Virus record (IMG/VR): IMGVR_UViG_3300033153_003354
Span: 1-64,000 of that record
Source: a virus
DNA: 64,000 nt
Direction: 5' to 3' (one strand)
Shown: one piece after another, positions 8,809-18,210 of the stretch
Position numbering within the stretch: the stretch's first letter is position 1
How the letters are laid out: each line of letters begins with the position of its first letter
Made by a program: the position numbers and the translations under genes
The notes under the pieces: model-generated
Told to the model about the DNA's origin: nothing
Database searches by the model: none
Seen by the model: the letters and a program-made list of their open reading frames with translations, nothing else

Positions 8809-10893
8809 ATGAATAAATTACCAGAATGGTGGAATGATGATAAATCATATAAAATAATGAATTGTCTTGATGGGATGAAAGAATTACCTGATAATTGTAT
8901 AGATGCAATTGTAACTGATCCACCTTATTTTCTTGTTAACAATAGTGGTTTTGGTTTTATGGGAAAGAAATGGGATAGTTTAAATATTAGTAATGCTTAT
9001 AGTATAGTATGCAAATCAAACGAAATTGCAAAAACTGTGGTTCGATTTTTTATGTCGTGTCGAGCAGAATCAAATTTGGAAGAGGTAAATATTGTTCAAG
9101 AAAATGTCAATATGCATCTAAACCAAGCAAAAACAAAATCCATTGTGAATGTTCAGTGTGTGGAAAAAAATTCACACGATATAAAAGCCAAATCATTAGC
9201 AAATATCAATTCTGTTCACGGGATTGTTCTTACAAAGGTCGAAGTATTGGATATGTTGAAAGAGTCGTATCCAAACCATATGACTGTTATAGAAAACCAG
9301 AACGAAAATGTATTGTTTGCAGTACCAATTTCATTTATAGAAAAAAATCTCAAAAACACTGTAGCAGAACATGTTTTGAAATTTCCCATAGAGGGAATAT
9401 GCTCGGAAAAAGAAACCCATCTTTTATTGATGGAAGAAGTAAGGATAAAAAATGTTATCGGGGGGATGATTGGGAACATATTAGAAAACGAGTATATGAA
9501 CGAGATAATTATACCTGCCAATACTGTGGAAAACACTGTAAAAAAAAGGAAATACAGGCACATCACAAACGAAAATATTGTGAAACACAAGATAATTCAA
9601 TGGATAACCTTATTACTTTATGTAACAAATGTCACCCCAGAATCGAAGCAGGAATTTATACAATCTCTAATAGTACAATTCCACAAAAACTGGACAATTC
9701 AAGCAATTAGAGTGTTAAAACCAGGTGGTTATTTACTTTCATTTGCAGGGACACGAACACATCATCATATGACACAAGCTATAGAGGATGCTGGATTTGA
9801 AATCAGGGATATGATTTGCTGGGTGTATGGTTCAGGATTTCCTAAATCTCACAATATCGGAAAATCGGTTGATAAATTACAAGGGAATGAAAGAGAAATT
9901 GTTGGAGAAAAGATTAGAGGAAATGTTGAGAAAGCAAAACACGGAGTAACTTTTGCAGGAGCAGACGCAAATAAAAATAATAAATGTATTTTCGGATATG
10001 GGAAAGAAATTTTAACAAAAGGAGTAACACAATGGGAAGGATGGGGCACTGCGCTAAAACCCGCCATGGAACCTATAACGGTTGCAAGAAAACCACTTGG
10101 TGAGAAAACTGTTGCAAAGAATGTGCTGAAATGGGAAACTGGTGGAATTAATATTGATGGTTGTAGAGTTGAATATTTAAATAATGATGATAATAGAATA
10201 GGAAAAAACTATTCACATAAAGCTAAAAGTGGATTAGAAATAGGAAAAAATAAAAATAATTCATCTGGTGAAATACAACAATTACATAATACAAAAGGAA
10301 GATTCCCAGCCAACCTAATCCATGATGGAAGTGAAGAAGTTTTAGATTTATTTCCTGATACAAAAAGTGGTAGTGGGAATGGTAATGCATCAATTGGTGA
10401 ACCAGGAAACGTTACACCTTTAAGAAGGGGCAAATTAATTCCAAGAAATGATTCAGGTTCAGCATCACGATTTTTTTATTTAGCCAAAACATCAAAATCT
10501 GAAAGAAATGTTGGTTGTGAAAATCTTTATTGGTTAGATGGAAAATTAATAGAACACCATCTTTGGCAAACTCTAACAGATGAAAATGAACAACATAAAA
10601 ATGAAAAATCATGGAAACAACACAATGTATCAAATGGTAATATTCATCCAACAGTTAAACCACTGAAATTAATAGAATATCTTGTACGATTAGTAACACC
10701 ACCAAAAGGTGTTGTGTTAGATCCATTTTTGGGTAGTGGAACTACTATCGTTGCATGTCAAAACGAAGGATTTATTGGATTGGGTTTTGAAATGTCAGAT
10801 GAATATGCAGATATAATTGATTGCAGAATCAATAATAAAGAAATAACCAAAGATGAACAAATAGAAATACAATCCATGGATAAATTTTGGTGA
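8809..10893 (+). CDS. N4/N6 DNA methyltransferase MTase2 with ~230-aa insertion
   Basis: DPPY, RVLKPGG, YGSGFPKS, HPTVKP, DPFLGSGTT; likely start MNKLPEWW after GGAGG. Confidence 0.9.
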   Translation: MNKLPEWWNDDKSYKIMNCLDGMKELPDNCIDAIVTDPPYFLVNNSGFGFMGKKWDSLNISNAYSIVCKSNEIAKTVVRFFMSCRAESNLEEVNIVQENVNMHLNQAKTKSIVNVQCVEKNSHDIKAKSLANINSVHGIVLTKVEVLDMLKESYPNHMTVIENQNENVLFAVPISFIEKNLKNTVAEHVLKFPIEGICSEKETHLLLMEEVRIKNVIGGMIGNILENEYMNEIIIPANTVENTVKKRKYRHITNENIVKHKIIQWITLLLYVTNVTPESKQEFIQSLIVQFHKNWTIQAIRVLKPGGYLLSFAGTRTHHHMTQAIEDAGFEIRDMICWVYGSGFPKSHNIGKSVDKLQGNEREIVGEKIRGNVEKAKHGVTFAGADANKNNKCIFGYGKEILTKGVTQWEGWGTALKPAMEPITVARKPLGEKTVAKNVLKWETGGINIDGCRVEYLNNDDNRIGKNYSHKAKSGLEIGKNKNNSSGEIQQLHNTKGRFPANLIHDGSEEVLDLFPDTKSGSGNGNASIGEPGNVTPLRRGKLIPRNDSGSASRFFYLAKTSKSERNVGCENLYWLDGKLIEHHLWQTLTDENEQHKNEKSWKQHNVSNGNIHPTVKPLKLIEYLVRLVTPPKGVVLDPFLGSGTTIVACQNEGFIGLGFEMSDEYADIIDCRINNKEITKDEQIEIQSMDKFW
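9009..9710 (+). CDS. HNH endonuclease with N-terminal Zn-binding repeats, nested out of frame in MTase2
   Basis: Three CxxC...CSRxC repeats; RDNYTCQYCG...AHH...NSMDNLITLCNKCH. Confidence 0.88.
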   Translation: MQIKRNCKNCGSIFYVVSSRIKFGRGKYCSRKCQYASKPSKNKIHCECSVCGKKFTRYKSQIISKYQFCSRDCSYKGRSIGYVERVVSKPYDCYRKPERKCIVCSTNFIYRKKSQKHCSRTCFEISHRGNMLGKRNPSFIDGRSKDKKCYRGDDWEHIRKRVYERDNYTCQYCGKHCKKKEIQAHHKRKYCETQDNSMDNLITLCNKCHPRIEAGIYTISNSTIPQKLDNSSN

Positions 10894-10898
10894 TTAAA

Positions 10899-11558
10899 AT
10901 GGAATTAAAAATTGACATACGAGAAACACAAGAACGAATAAATCTTGCAAAATCATTGGTTGATGAAAGTGAAGTTGTAATGTTAGAAGTTGGAGATTAT
11001 GTTTTTGGACCAGTTGGTGTTGAATATAAAGAAGATGATTTTCTATCTTCGGTTACAGGAAGAAAAATGTTTCAACAATTACAAGAATTAGGAGATAATT
11101 ATGAATATCCATTGTTGATTGTAGGAAAGAATTTAGATGAACTATATGAAGAAACAATAAATTCGGATTCTGAAGAAAAAGGAATGCATGAAAACGCTTT
11201 CATTGGCACGATTGCAAGTATGATAGCACGTGGAATTCCACCAATTTTCTTGAGTAACAAAGAATTGGCGATGAAAATCATGATTAAATCTATGGAAAAA
11301 CTAACAGATGGTAAAGATCGTAGAATAAATACTGCAATACGACCAACAGCAAAGGTAGAAGATTATCAACTTGCTATTTTAAAGAGTTTTCCTTTGATGG
11401 GTAGTAAGAAAGCCAATATAGTATTGAATCATTTTGGATCCATAGAAAAATTCATGGGTGCATCCATAGAAGAAATGAAAGAAATAAAAGGCATTGGCAA
11501 ACAAGCAGAAAAATGGTATAATATTATTCATTATGAAGATGATGAAATTGAATGGTAA
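10899..11558 (+). CDS. ERCC4/XPF nuclease with HhH motifs
   Basis: IDIRE, VGDY, VEYK; C-terminal HFGSI...IKGIGK. Confidence 0.88.
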   Translation: MELKIDIRETQERINLAKSLVDESEVVMLEVGDYVFGPVGVEYKEDDFLSSVTGRKMFQQLQELGDNYEYPLLIVGKNLDELYEETINSDSEEKGMHENAFIGTIASMIARGIPPIFLSNKELAMKIMIKSMEKLTDGKDRRINTAIRPTAKVEDYQLAILKSFPLMGSKKANIVLNHFGSIEKFMGASIEEMKEIKGIGKQAEKWYNIIHYEDDEIEW

Positions 11559-11600
11559 AGTTTAAATTGATGATATGAATAACTACAAAGGAGGAATGAA

Positions 11601-11981
11601 ATGACTGAAGATATAAGATTAAAAATATGGGAAAAGGATGAAAAAATTATGTCTGAACCATTTAGTATTTGGGATTTGTGGAATCACGATGATTCAAATC
11701 TAGCAGATTTTCAAAATATTGAATTTCTACAATCATATAATAAAACGGATATGAATGGTGTAGAATTGTTCGAGGAAGATATAATAAAAGATACAACTGA
11801 TGGAACACTATTAATTATAAGATCTGGTATTGGTGAATATAATAAAATTATAATGGTAATGGTTGTTGAAACAATGCATGATGAATGGCCAATATATAAA
11901 CATATGGATTCTAAAACATTTTCAACAAAAATAGTAAAAGTTGGTACATCATTTGAAAACCCAGAATTGCTGGAGGAATGA
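11601..11981 (+). CDS. YopX-family protein
   Basis: DMNGVELFEEDI ... VGTSFENPELL. Confidence 0.75.
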   Translation: MTEDIRLKIWEKDEKIMSEPFSIWDLWNHDDSNLADFQNIEFLQSYNKTDMNGVELFEEDIIKDTTDGTLLIIRSGIGEYNKIIMVMVVETMHDEWPIYKHMDSKTFSTKIVKVGTSFENPELLEE

Positions 11982-11985
11982 AACA

Positions 11986-12396
11986 ATGAAACAAATAAAA
12001 TTTAGAATATTTTTAGGTGAAAACTATTTTTATTGGGGTTTTGTAAAACATGGAAAACATTTGGTATTTAATGGGTTGCCAAGTGATATACATGATACTA
12101 AATCATTAGAAGAAATTCAAGAAAAATCACAACAATATTCTAATCGTAGAGATAAAAATGATGTTAACATATGTGAGGGTGATTATGTTGGACATGTGAT
12201 TGATGGTAAAATTGTTGGTACTATAATGATGGTTAAGCATGGAGAATACGATAATGATGAAAAGTATGGAGATAATATATCTGGTAATGGATGGTATTTG
12301 GAAACCGATGGTTTCATATTACCTTTTTATATAGAAACATATACAGAAGTTGTTGGAAATATTAACGAAGGTATAAAAATTAATAACGGTGAATAA
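11986..12396 (+). CDS. YopX-family protein
   Basis: IKFR, DKNDVNICEGD, EVVGNINE. Confidence 0.75.
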   Translation: MKQIKFRIFLGENYFYWGFVKHGKHLVFNGLPSDIHDTKSLEEIQEKSQQYSNRRDKNDVNICEGDYVGHVIDGKIVGTIMMVKHGEYDNDEKYGDNISGNGWYLETDGFILPFYIETYTEVVGNINEGIKINNGE

Positions 12397-13369
12397 CATG
12401 AACAACATGGCAACAGAATTATACAGACCAACACAACTATCAAACGTCTTTGGACAGGATCATGTGGTAAAGAGATTGAAAGGATATGTTCAACGTGGTA
12501 ATATTCCACATTTCTTGTTTGCCGGACCTCCGGGAACAGGAAAAACAACGTGTGCTATTGCCCTTGCCAAAGAGTTGTATGGAGATGGTTGGAAGAACAA
12601 TTGGTTAGAATTGAATGCTTCAGATGAGCGTGGAATTGATGTTGTACGAACCAAAGTTAAAGGATTTGCTCCAGTATCTTCAATGCACGATGATATAGAA
12701 TTTAAGATAATTTTCCTCGATGAAGCAGATCACATGACCAAAGATGCACAAGCATCATTGAGAAGAGTTATGGAAACATACAGCAAAACTTGCCGTTTTA
12801 TATTATCTTGTAATTATCAAAACAAAATTATATCTCCTTTACAAGATAGATGTGCTATATTTAGATTTGAACCTATTGCAGAAGATAAAATCGTTAAATT
12901 TATAACAACACAATCTACAAACACATTCAACTACAAAATACAAGATGATGCTGTTGATATTGTTGCAAAGGCATGTAAAGGTAGCTTGAGAAGAGCAATG
13001 ACATACTTGGATATGTTCTCTCTTGGTGGAGATATTATTACTACCAAAGATGTTTTGGAAATTCTCAAGGAACCAACTAAGGATGACCTTGAAAAACTCA
13101 AACAAGCAATCATCGGTGGTAACATGAAATTTTGGGAATCAACACTGTTTCAAATGTATTACAAGGGTGGTTTTTCATATATTGAAATATTGGATTCTCT
13201 TTATGATATGATGGTTGGAGATGTCGATGAGAAATTCACTAAAGATCAAAAGATAGCATGTATAATAGCAATTTCTGATACCGATCACTACATTGCTGAA
13301 GGCGGAAATGAACTTCTTCAATTGAGGTGTTTGTTTGGTCGAATAGTCAAAATTATTGGTGGGAAATAG
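12389..13369 (+). CDS. rfcS: replication factor C small subunit
   Basis: YRP, GPPGTGKTT, LELNASDERGIDVVR, LDEAD. Confidence 0.95.
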   Translation: MNNMNNMATELYRPTQLSNVFGQDHVVKRLKGYVQRGNIPHFLFAGPPGTGKTTCAIALAKELYGDGWKNNWLELNASDERGIDVVRTKVKGFAPVSSMHDDIEFKIIFLDEADHMTKDAQASLRRVMETYSKTCRFILSCNYQNKIISPLQDRCAIFRFEPIAEDKIVKFITTQSTNTFNYKIQDDAVDIVAKACKGSLRRAMTYLDMFSLGGDIITTKDVLEILKEPTKDDLEKLKQAIIGGNMKFWESTLFQMYYKGGFSYIEILDSLYDMMVGDVDEKFTKDQKIACIIAISDTDHYIAEGGNELLQLRCLFGRIVKIIGGK

Positions 13370-14020
13370 ATGGAATTACCAAATTGGTGGAAACATAAAG
13401 AACAATATGCAATTATGGATTGCTTGGAAGGGATGAAGGATATTCCTGACAATAGTATTGATTTGGTGTTGACCGATCCACCTTATGGTGTTGGTATTGA
13501 TTACGGTGATACTTATGATGATACAGAAAATAATTGGTTTGAATTGATGGATAAATTTATACCAGAAGCATGTAGAATAGGAAAAATGGTAGCTTTTCCA
13601 GCTGGGAAACAAACAAGACTTGGTTGGTATTTCAATAATCATACACCATATTGGTTAATATGTTGGTACAAAGGCTCACCTGGTACAAGGGGAAACCTTG
13701 GATTTGAAGATTGGGAAGCAATAATTGTATATGGCAAGAACAAAGGTGTTCAAATGCATGATTATTTCTATTGTGGACCAAGACCATTTGATAATGGTCA
13801 TCCATGTCCAAAACCTGTTGGGTGGAGTACATGGTTGATTGAACGAATGACAAAGAAAAATGATATAGTTTTAGATCCATTCCTTGGTAGTGGAACCACC
13901 ATGAGATCATGTAGAGAAACTGGAAGAATTGGATTGGGATTTGAGATAAATCCAGACTATGAATCAATTATAAGAAAACAAGCAACATCTGATGCAGAAA
14001 CATTAAATGATTATTTTTAG
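13370..14020 (+). CDS. N4/N6 DNA methyltransferase MTase3
   Basis: TDPPY, HPCPKP, DPFLGSGTT. Confidence 0.92.
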   Translation: MELPNWWKHKEQYAIMDCLEGMKDIPDNSIDLVLTDPPYGVGIDYGDTYDDTENNWFELMDKFIPEACRIGKMVAFPAGKQTRLGWYFNNHTPYWLICWYKGSPGTRGNLGFEDWEAIIVYGKNKGVQMHDYFYCGPRPFDNGHPCPKPVGWSTWLIERMTKKNDIVLDPFLGSGTTMRSCRETGRIGLGFEINPDYESIIRKQATSDAETLNDYF

Positions 14021-14030
14021 GAGGAAAAGC

Positions 14031-16415
14031 ATGAAAATCCTAGTAACAAAAATGGCAAATACCAACAATAGATCAATATTCAATGGAGTAGATATATTTG
14101 GTAGAGATGAAAATGGTGAAAAATGGTCTGCCACAATCACTGGATTAAAACCATATATGTTTGTTGAAAAGTATGATAAATCAATACCAGAAGTAACACA
14201 TTATGAAGTTGGTGCAGGAAAAACACTTAAAAATGAACCACTCACAAAATTATTTGTAAATCATCCTGGGCAGATTCCAGCAGTAAAAAGTCATTTTTTC
14301 ACTCATTGGGAAGCGGATATTAAATGGGTTGATCGTGTTCGATATGATTGTGGAATAAAAAACACCATTCGTGTTCCAGAAGGTAAAAATTTATTAGAAC
14401 CAAAAGATATAATTCCTATTGCAGATGATTATAGTATAGATTTTCGTTATGCTGTGATTGATATTGAAACTTGGGACGATGGACCCTTTCCAGATCCAGA
14501 AGAAGCTCCACAAAAAATTGTTATGTTCACTCTTTGGGATTCATTTAAAAAGAAATATTTATTGGTTACTTTAGATGAGGTTGATAATGACAAAATCATT
14601 GAAGAATTTAAAAAACAGTTTGGATTTGAACCAGATGTAACGATAAAATCAGTAAAAACAGAATCAGAATTGTTAATATCATTCAAGAATGTTCTTATGA
14701 TGACACAACCTGACATAGTTACTGGTTGGAACTTCAAAAATTTTGATTGGCCATATATTATAAAAAGAATGGAAATAAACAATGTGGAATTCGATCCAAA
14801 ACCATACGCAGTTATGGATGTTATGGGTGGATATAAAATTCTTCGTGAAACACTTGGACCAAATAATCTTGAAGAAGTTGCACAAAATGAATTAGGTGTT
14901 GGTAAACTTCCAATAGAGAGGATTTATAAAATTTGGGAAACAGATCGTGAAAAAATTGCAGCATATAACATTGGAGATGTTTATCTAACAGAAGAAATAA
15001 ACAAACTCAAAGATGTTTTGAATTTTCATACTGCCATGTGCCGTTTTGCTGGATCGCCCTATGAATATTGGAATTATAATTCATTCTTGGTTGATTCTTA
15101 TCTGTTCCATCGTCTTAAAGGACATGTTCAAATTCCATCACGTGGAATAATACAAACCAAAAAAATAGAAGCGGGTGGATTAGTATTTGAACCAAAGAAA
15201 GGGATTTTTGAAAATGTAGCAGTATTAGATAATAAAAGTGAATATCCTTCTGTTATGCGATCACTTAATATGAGTCCAGAAACAGGAGTTGAATCTGGAG
15301 AACACCCCAATGATGAAGTATATACTGCTCCAAGTGGGAATCAATATCTGAAAGAACCACTTGGTTTAATTCCAATGATTATGAATGAAATGATTGAATC
15401 TAGGACTCAAATGAAAGAAGAAATGGTAAAGTTTGATCTTGGAACCAAAGAATATAAAACATGGTGGTCGAAACAAAATGCAACAAAATATTTTATAAAT
15501 TCATTCTATGGTGTATTGGGTGCAGTTGGAAAAGATGGTAAAGCTAATTTCCGTTTGGCCGATGGTGACATTGGTTCTGATGTTACAGAAATTGGTAGAT
15601 TACATGCTAAATGGAATGCTGATTTTCTTATCGATAAAGGATATGATATTATCTATGGTGATACTGACTCTGTTATGTTTCAATTGAAAGAGTTTGACAT
15701 TGAAAAATTAATGAAACTTGAAGATGAAATGAATGATAGTTTTGATGAGTTTGCTGACCAATTTGGTGCAAAGGATAATCATGTTTTTAAGGTAGAATTG
15801 GAAAAAGTATATGAACGATTTCTTCAATCTGGATCAAAAAAGCGATATGCCGGAATATATAAATGGAAAGAAGGAAAAATACGAACAGAATCCATAGAGG
15901 ATAGAATGGATATTAAGGGATATGAAGTTCGTAGATCAAACAGCACAAAGATAACCCAAAAAATACAAAAACAAATACTCATGCTTCTACTTACTGGTGA
16001 AAAGATTGATGTTGTTCGTGAGATAATCATGAATGTTAGACAACAAATTTACAATGGTGAATTAGACAAAGAAATAGCAATTCCATGTGGATTGAGTTCG
16101 AAGGCATACAAAGGAACAATTCCAATACATGCAAGAGCAGCAGCATTTTCTAATGAACATCTTGGAAAGAATTTCAAATATGGTGACAGACCGTATTGGT
16201 GGTATGTTAAAGGTGTTAAGGGTGTTCCAGAAACTAACGTAATAGCCCTAGAATGGACAGACAATCCTTCAGACTATGGAATTGTCATTGACTATGATAA
16301 GATGGTCGAGAGAGCCTTAAAAGGACCGTTAACACCGATCATTGAGACTATGGGGTTGTCATGGGATGAAATTATATCGGGACAAGAACAATCATCTTTG
16401 GAGGAATTTTGGTGA
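14031..16415 (+). CDS. polB: family B DNA polymerase
   Basis: Exo DIET, GWN..FD, YNIGD; KYFINSFYG, YGDTDS, KKRY; C-terminal PIP box QSSLEEFW. Confidence 0.97.
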   Translation: MKILVTKMANTNNRSIFNGVDIFGRDENGEKWSATITGLKPYMFVEKYDKSIPEVTHYEVGAGKTLKNEPLTKLFVNHPGQIPAVKSHFFTHWEADIKWVDRVRYDCGIKNTIRVPEGKNLLEPKDIIPIADDYSIDFRYAVIDIETWDDGPFPDPEEAPQKIVMFTLWDSFKKKYLLVTLDEVDNDKIIEEFKKQFGFEPDVTIKSVKTESELLISFKNVLMMTQPDIVTGWNFKNFDWPYIIKRMEINNVEFDPKPYAVMDVMGGYKILRETLGPNNLEEVAQNELGVGKLPIERIYKIWETDREKIAAYNIGDVYLTEEINKLKDVLNFHTAMCRFAGSPYEYWNYNSFLVDSYLFHRLKGHVQIPSRGIIQTKKIEAGGLVFEPKKGIFENVAVLDNKSEYPSVMRSLNMSPETGVESGEHPNDEVYTAPSGNQYLKEPLGLIPMIMNEMIESRTQMKEEMVKFDLGTKEYKTWWSKQNATKYFINSFYGVLGAVGKDGKANFRLADGDIGSDVTEIGRLHAKWNADFLIDKGYDIIYGDTDSVMFQLKEFDIEKLMKLEDEMNDSFDEFADQFGAKDNHVFKVELEKVYERFLQSGSKKRYAGIYKWKEGKIRTESIEDRMDIKGYEVRRSNSTKITQKIQKQILMLLLTGEKIDVVREIIMNVRQQIYNGELDKEIAIPCGLSSKAYKGTIPIHARAAAFSNEHLGKNFKYGDRPYWWYVKGVKGVPETNVIALEWTDNPSDYGIVIDYDKMVERALKGPLTPIIETMGLSWDEIISGQEQSSLEEFW

Positions 16416-16786
16416 ACAAAAAAATAAGAGATGAAATAAAAAAAGAAGTTATGCGAACAGAAATTGTGAAACCAGCACTATATGCACAAGTATGTGATGC
16501 GTGTGATAAGATATTTGATATGAAATCTTATTGCAACGATGATCCACCAGCCGGAGAAATGATAATAACATTTGATAAAAGAAGGATAAATAAAGGTGGG
16601 AATTTTGGTGTATGGACCGTTTGTTCATTCAATTGTGCTCAAAGAATCTTTGATGGTGAATGGAAAAAATCTGATCATGCAATTGGTTTTAGACAACATT
16701 CAAAACCAGTTAGATTTATAGTTACAATAACACCATTTATCAAAGATGAATTGCAACTTATAAAAGAATGGGAAGAAAAGGATTAA
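16409..16786 (+). CDS. hypothetical Zn-finger protein
   Basis: CDAC ... CSFNC; overlaps its neighbours. Confidence 0.55.
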   Translation: MVNKKIRDEIKKEVMRTEIVKPALYAQVCDACDKIFDMKSYCNDDPPAGEMIITFDKRRINKGGNFGVWTVCSFNCAQRIFDGEWKKSDHAIGFRQHSKPVRFIVTITPFIKDELQLIKEWEEKD

Positions 16787-16788
16787 CA

Positions 16789-17832
16789 ATGAAACATTTT
16801 GCAGAGAAGTATAGACCAAAAAATCTAAAAAACATCATTGGGAATAAAACTGCCCAGAAACTCATTATAGAGTACATGAATTCATGGATGAATGGTAGAA
16901 TACCACCAACAAAAGCATTGCTTCTGTGTGGTCCTCCGGGTATCGGAAAAACAACTATTGCTGAAGCTCTTGCTAATCAATATGATATTCCACTTGCAAC
17001 CTGGAATTCATCTGATGAACGAACAGCAGATGTTTTCAAAGAAATACAAAAATTTATTCAAGTTGGATCTTCCGAAGGAACAGATGGTGTTCGATTAATT
17101 GTTTTGGATGAAGTTGATGGTGTGAGAGGACAAACCCAACGAGCGATAACAAAACTTATAAAATTGTCATATCAACCAATAATATTAATATGTAACAATA
17201 AAAAGAAAGTTACAAAAGGTGTCCAAGGACAATGTTCAGTGATAAACATGAAAGTTCCATCTATTAGAGATACTGCAAACTTTCTTCTACGAATTGCAAA
17301 AACTGAAGGATTAGATATTTCCAAAGATGATTGTACTGCTATAGCTGAAAAAAGCGGTTCTGTTAGAAGTGCTATCACGAATCTTGAGTTGGTTAGTGAA
17401 GGTGAACTTATCGATAATATAGAACCAATCATTTATGATCTTGAAGAAAAACCAGCAATAAATGAATATTTTGCTGGAAACAGAAAATCCCTTGATGTGG
17501 ATCCAGGAAAAGTTATATTTTATCTTCACGATAGTCATCACTACATGGATTTGATACCATCCTTGGATATAATTAAAGGAAGAATAAAGGGAACTGACTA
17601 TAGACCATGGAAATATTTATTTGGTATTTATAAAATGTTAGAAATAAATGAACCCATGAATGTCCCACGAACATTTTGGGATATGAGTCGAGCACGAACA
17701 AAGGTAGCCGGAGATCAACCAAAGATGGAAAAAGAAGATGAAATAAAGATTAGTAAAGTTCAAATAGTAAAAGAAGTATTAGGTGTTAAAAAGAAAGAAT
17801 CTGATTCCAAAGGTTTAGATAATTTCTTTTAA
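16789..17832 (+). CDS. rfcL: replication factor C large subunit
   Basis: EKYRP, GPPGIGKTT, NSSDER, LDEVD; PIP-like end GLDNFF. Confidence 0.9.
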   Translation: MKHFAEKYRPKNLKNIIGNKTAQKLIIEYMNSWMNGRIPPTKALLLCGPPGIGKTTIAEALANQYDIPLATWNSSDERTADVFKEIQKFIQVGSSEGTDGVRLIVLDEVDGVRGQTQRAITKLIKLSYQPIILICNNKKKVTKGVQGQCSVINMKVPSIRDTANFLLRIAKTEGLDISKDDCTAIAEKSGSVRSAITNLELVSEGELIDNIEPIIYDLEEKPAINEYFAGNRKSLDVDPGKVIFYLHDSHHYMDLIPSLDIIKGRIKGTDYRPWKYLFGIYKMLEINEPMNVPRTFWDMSRARTKVAGDQPKMEKEDEIKISKVQIVKEVLGVKKKESDSKGLDNFF

Positions 17833-17833
17833 T

Positions 17834-17895
17834 GGGCATGTAGTCTAAACAATTGGCTTCGTCCATCGTGGGTTCAAGTCCTACCATGCCCGCCA
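17834..17895 (+). ncRNA. tRNA-like RNA lacking an anticodon arm
   Basis: GGGCATG/CATGCCC acceptor stem, GTGGG-TTCAAGT-CCTAC T arm, 3' GCCA; only 62 nt. Confidence 0.7.
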
Positions 17896-17915
17896 AAATA
17901 TAGGAGAGCGAAAAT

Positions 17916-18203
17916 ATGACACAACAAAAAATAACAAGACATCATGAAATAGCAGAAACTGAAGGACCAACAAAAGAAATACTCATTAAAATTAGTAGTG
18001 ATGAGATTATTAAAAATGGAGGGTGTCCATATCAAATAATAACAACAAAATGGTCAATACAAAGAGATGAAATTACTGATGAAATTACTATACAAGATAG
18101 TACATATACAGTATTAAGCAATCATCCAAATGCAATACATTTAATGAAAAAAATATTTCATGAATTAATGACAGTTGATTTTTTTAAAGGAATAATGTAT
18201 TAA
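17916..18203 (+). CDS. hypothetical protein
   Basis: ORF with upstream AGGAG. Confidence 0.6.
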   Translation: MTQQKITRHHEIAETEGPTKEILIKISSDEIIKNGGCPYQIITTKWSIQRDEITDEITIQDSTYTVLSNHPNAIHLMKKIFHELMTVDFFKGIMY

Positions 18204-18210
18204 ATTATTT

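Noticed and set aside
8980-9680. MTase2 insertion as an intein
   Set aside because: No block A/B/F/G motifs or HN-C/S/T junction in the MTase frame.
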